A stretch of DNA of 64,000 nt, from positions 1 through 64,000 of the forward strand of contig CM052817.1 of NCBI GenBank assembly GCA_028534125.1, given 5' to 3'. Source of the stretch: Lama glama. Taxonomy: Eukaryota. Made by a program: the position numbers and the translations under genes. Below the pieces are notes generated by a model, which was not told the DNA's origin, did not search any database, and saw nothing but the letters and a program-made list of their open reading frames with translations. Positions 61,597 through 64,000 of this stretch are shown here, one piece after another; within the stretch, counting starts at the first letter, position 1; every line of letters starts with the position of its first letter.

Positions 61597-61968
61597 GTCC
61601 CCACCCCTCAGCATCATCCATTTCCAGAGGACTTCCTGGCCCTTGAGGTTCCAGATGAGGTTATGTCCTATAGGCCACACTTGTAGAAGCTTCCCAGGAG
61701 GCAGGGCCTGGGATTGTCAACAGGGGGTGTGGCTGTGGGCAGTGCACCTCAGGGTGCCGTGGTCCTGGCCAGGATGATGAGTCACAGGGCCTGGCAGTCT
61801 ACCAGAGTGTACCAGCCCTGGAAAACTTCGTGGCGTGTGTGGCGGCACGTGGCTCAGCACCACCAGGAGTAGCTCAGGCAGCAATTGGATCAGGCCCAGC
61901 TCCTCCTCGGGTTCCAGCTCCGGAGTGGGGACCCCAGTGAACCAGCCCCTGGAAGCCGAGGCACACGT
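61597..61968 (-). pseudogene. FBXO27: FBXO27-like (F-box/FBA lectin family) processed pseudogene fragment
   Basis: The minus strand reads TCASASRG..VPTPELEPEEELGLIQLLPELLLVVLSHVPPHT / VFQGWYTLVDCQAL*LIILAR / PRPCLLGSF / PIGHNLIWNLKGQEVLWKWMMLRGGD, matching the recalled FBXO27 N-terminal ~130 aa. The start codon is ACG, and there are frameshifts and a TGA at 61782-61784. Confidence 0.85.
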
Positions 61969-62039
61969 CTCCTGGCCAGTTACAGTTATAACCTGCATCT
62001 CAGACATGATTCTCGCCGATGGGCCTTCACCTTGCTACA

Positions 62040-62950
62040 CATCCGAACTTTCTTATGATTAATTTGCATATATCTTTTTCCATCCTTTTCATTTCAACCT
62101 ACTGTGTCTGTATTTAAAATGGCTCTTGTAAACTCACATCTTGCATCCTGCTTTTTTTTATCTAGTCTGATGATCTCTGCCTTTTAATTGGAATATATAT
62201 TCAATTTACATTTAATATAATTATTGATAGAATTGGATTTAGAGCTGCCATTTTCCAATTTGTTTCTTTTTTTTTTTTTTCATTGTTGTCATTCTTCTGT
62301 TTCACCTTTCTTGCCTTCTTTGGGTTAATGTAAGAGTTTTTAGTATGCCATTTTATCTTCACCATTGTCTTTTCTTAATTAACAGACTTTATCTTTTAGA
62401 ATAGTTCTAGGTGTACAGAAAGACTCAGTGTATGACATACTCCATCTGCACACACAGTGTCCTCTATTACTAACATCATGCGTTAGTGTGGTGCACTTGT
62501 TACAATCAACAAGCCAATATTGATGCATTACTATCAGCTAAAGTCTGTAGTTTACGTTACGGTTCACTCTTTGTCCTATATAGCCATTTGTCTGAAAAAC
62601 ATATATTGACATACATCCACCATTACACTATCACATAGAATAATTTCACTGCCCTAAAAATTTCTTGTGCACCACAGATTTATCCTGCCCTCCCCGAAAC
62701 CACTGATCTTTTTATTGTCTCCTTGGTTGGAATTATACAGTATGTAGCCTTTTCAGGTTGGTCTTTTTCACTTAGTAACATGTATTTAAGGGTCCTACGT
62801 GTCTCTTTGTGGCTTGATAACATTTCTTTTTAGTGCTGAATAATACTCCATTGTCTGGAGATACCACAGTTTATCTATGCACCTACTGAAGGACATCTTG
62901 GTTGCTTCCAAGTTTTGCCAACTATGAATAAAGCTGCTATAAACATCCAT
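62040..62950 (-). mobile_element. Old L1 (L1M/L1MC) fragments
   Basis: CATATATCTTTTTCCATCCTTTT..., GAAGGACATCTTGGTTGCTTCCAAGTTTTG...GAATAAAGCTGCTATAAACATCC. Confidence 0.8.
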
Positions 62951-63644
62951 GACTGGCCAGTGTTGCTCAGTGGGAATTCAGGTCCACTTGCCCCCACCAA
63001 GATCTCGGGACACAGCATATGCAAGCAGGGACCTGAGAGGAGCAAAGGGAGGCCCTGGATCCTGACTGTGCAGAGACCCACAGAGCCCTTGTCAGGAGGG
63101 GTGGGGGCGCAGGGAGGGAGGTCTGCGTGAAGAGAAGTCCTGGATCACCTGGGACACTTGAACACGTGGAGGGGATGTTCTCACTTCTGCTGAATGTCGG
63201 CCACAGGTTCCTAGAAAACATTAGTCAGCTGTTAATTTCAAGGAAAACAAGAAAGAGCCTGTAGCCATGGGTACCTTATACCTCACGTCTGGACAACGGT
63301 TATGATCTTAACAAAGTAGAATACTGAACTGACCCCCAAAATGCCCAGACTCTACTGGGAGGGTCAAGTGGGGGGGTGCAAGAAAACTAGTCCCAACGTT
63401 CAATAGTAAGAAATCAGTAATCATATCTCAGATGGAAGCAACGAGAGTTGTACTATAACCATTTTTTCCGTAAGTATAGAGGCATATTACCAAGGAAAGT
63501 GGTTGCTTCTGGGGTTGCTTATTGATAGACGGGTAAACCAATAGTACAGTTGACTTTTAAACTAGGTACAGTTTTAGCTCGGCTTAAAATTGAAACATAG
63601 GTTAGTGTTATTTACCACAGTAACAGATAAATCCAGGGAAAACC

Positions 63645-63990
63645 TGTGGCAGGAAAATCAAAACGGAGTCACTGTTGCTGAGAAAGTCTCAAATGCAGCT
63701 GGGAGTCCACTGAGGAAGACTAACTGAGACAGTTTCAACCTGGATGGAATCTGACCTTTTGACCACTTACTGTCCTAATGAAGACATCTGCCAGAAACTC
63801 AAAGTATTCATCAGACACTTATCCTAAACTTCCCTCAGGGACAAACGCTTCCTTTCTGTGTCAGAGCACAGCTTCATGGGCCTCGGAGTCTCTCTTCCCA
63901 GAACATTCTTGGTTTTACCTGAGTCTGTGCCTCCCAAATTGCAATTTTTTAAGACTCCAAATAAACTCTTTTCTTATTTGTAAACTTCTG
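63645..63990 (+). mobile_element. ERV LTR-like element
   Basis: Starts TGTGGCAGG, contains AAACGGAGTCACT and an AATAAA near the right end. Confidence 0.55.
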
Positions 63991-64000
63991 GGGGGGGGGG

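Overview
This is mammalian genomic DNA, very likely from a camelid, judged by a vic-1-like tRNA-derived SINE at ~35.4 kb. It consists of two contigs joined by a 500-N gap (18001-18500). The main feature is a complete, intact 13-exon PIGG gene (GPI ethanolamine phosphate transferase 2) on the + strand. Its CDS spans 30542-59069, splices to 2952 nt (983 aa), has only GT-AG introns and is driven by a CpG-island promoter. Also present are an old nuclear mitochondrial insertion (NUMT: CYTB end, tRNA-Thr, tRNA-Pro, control region; ~20353-21148), a decayed FBXO27-like processed pseudogene on the - strand (~61597-61968), and many L1, L2/MIR, MaLR/ERV LTR and DNA-transposon remnants, several nested. 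The left 18 kb contains no gene I can name, only exon-like and enhancer-like candidates. I found no convincing novel biological system. All homology calls come from recalled sequences, not from database searches.
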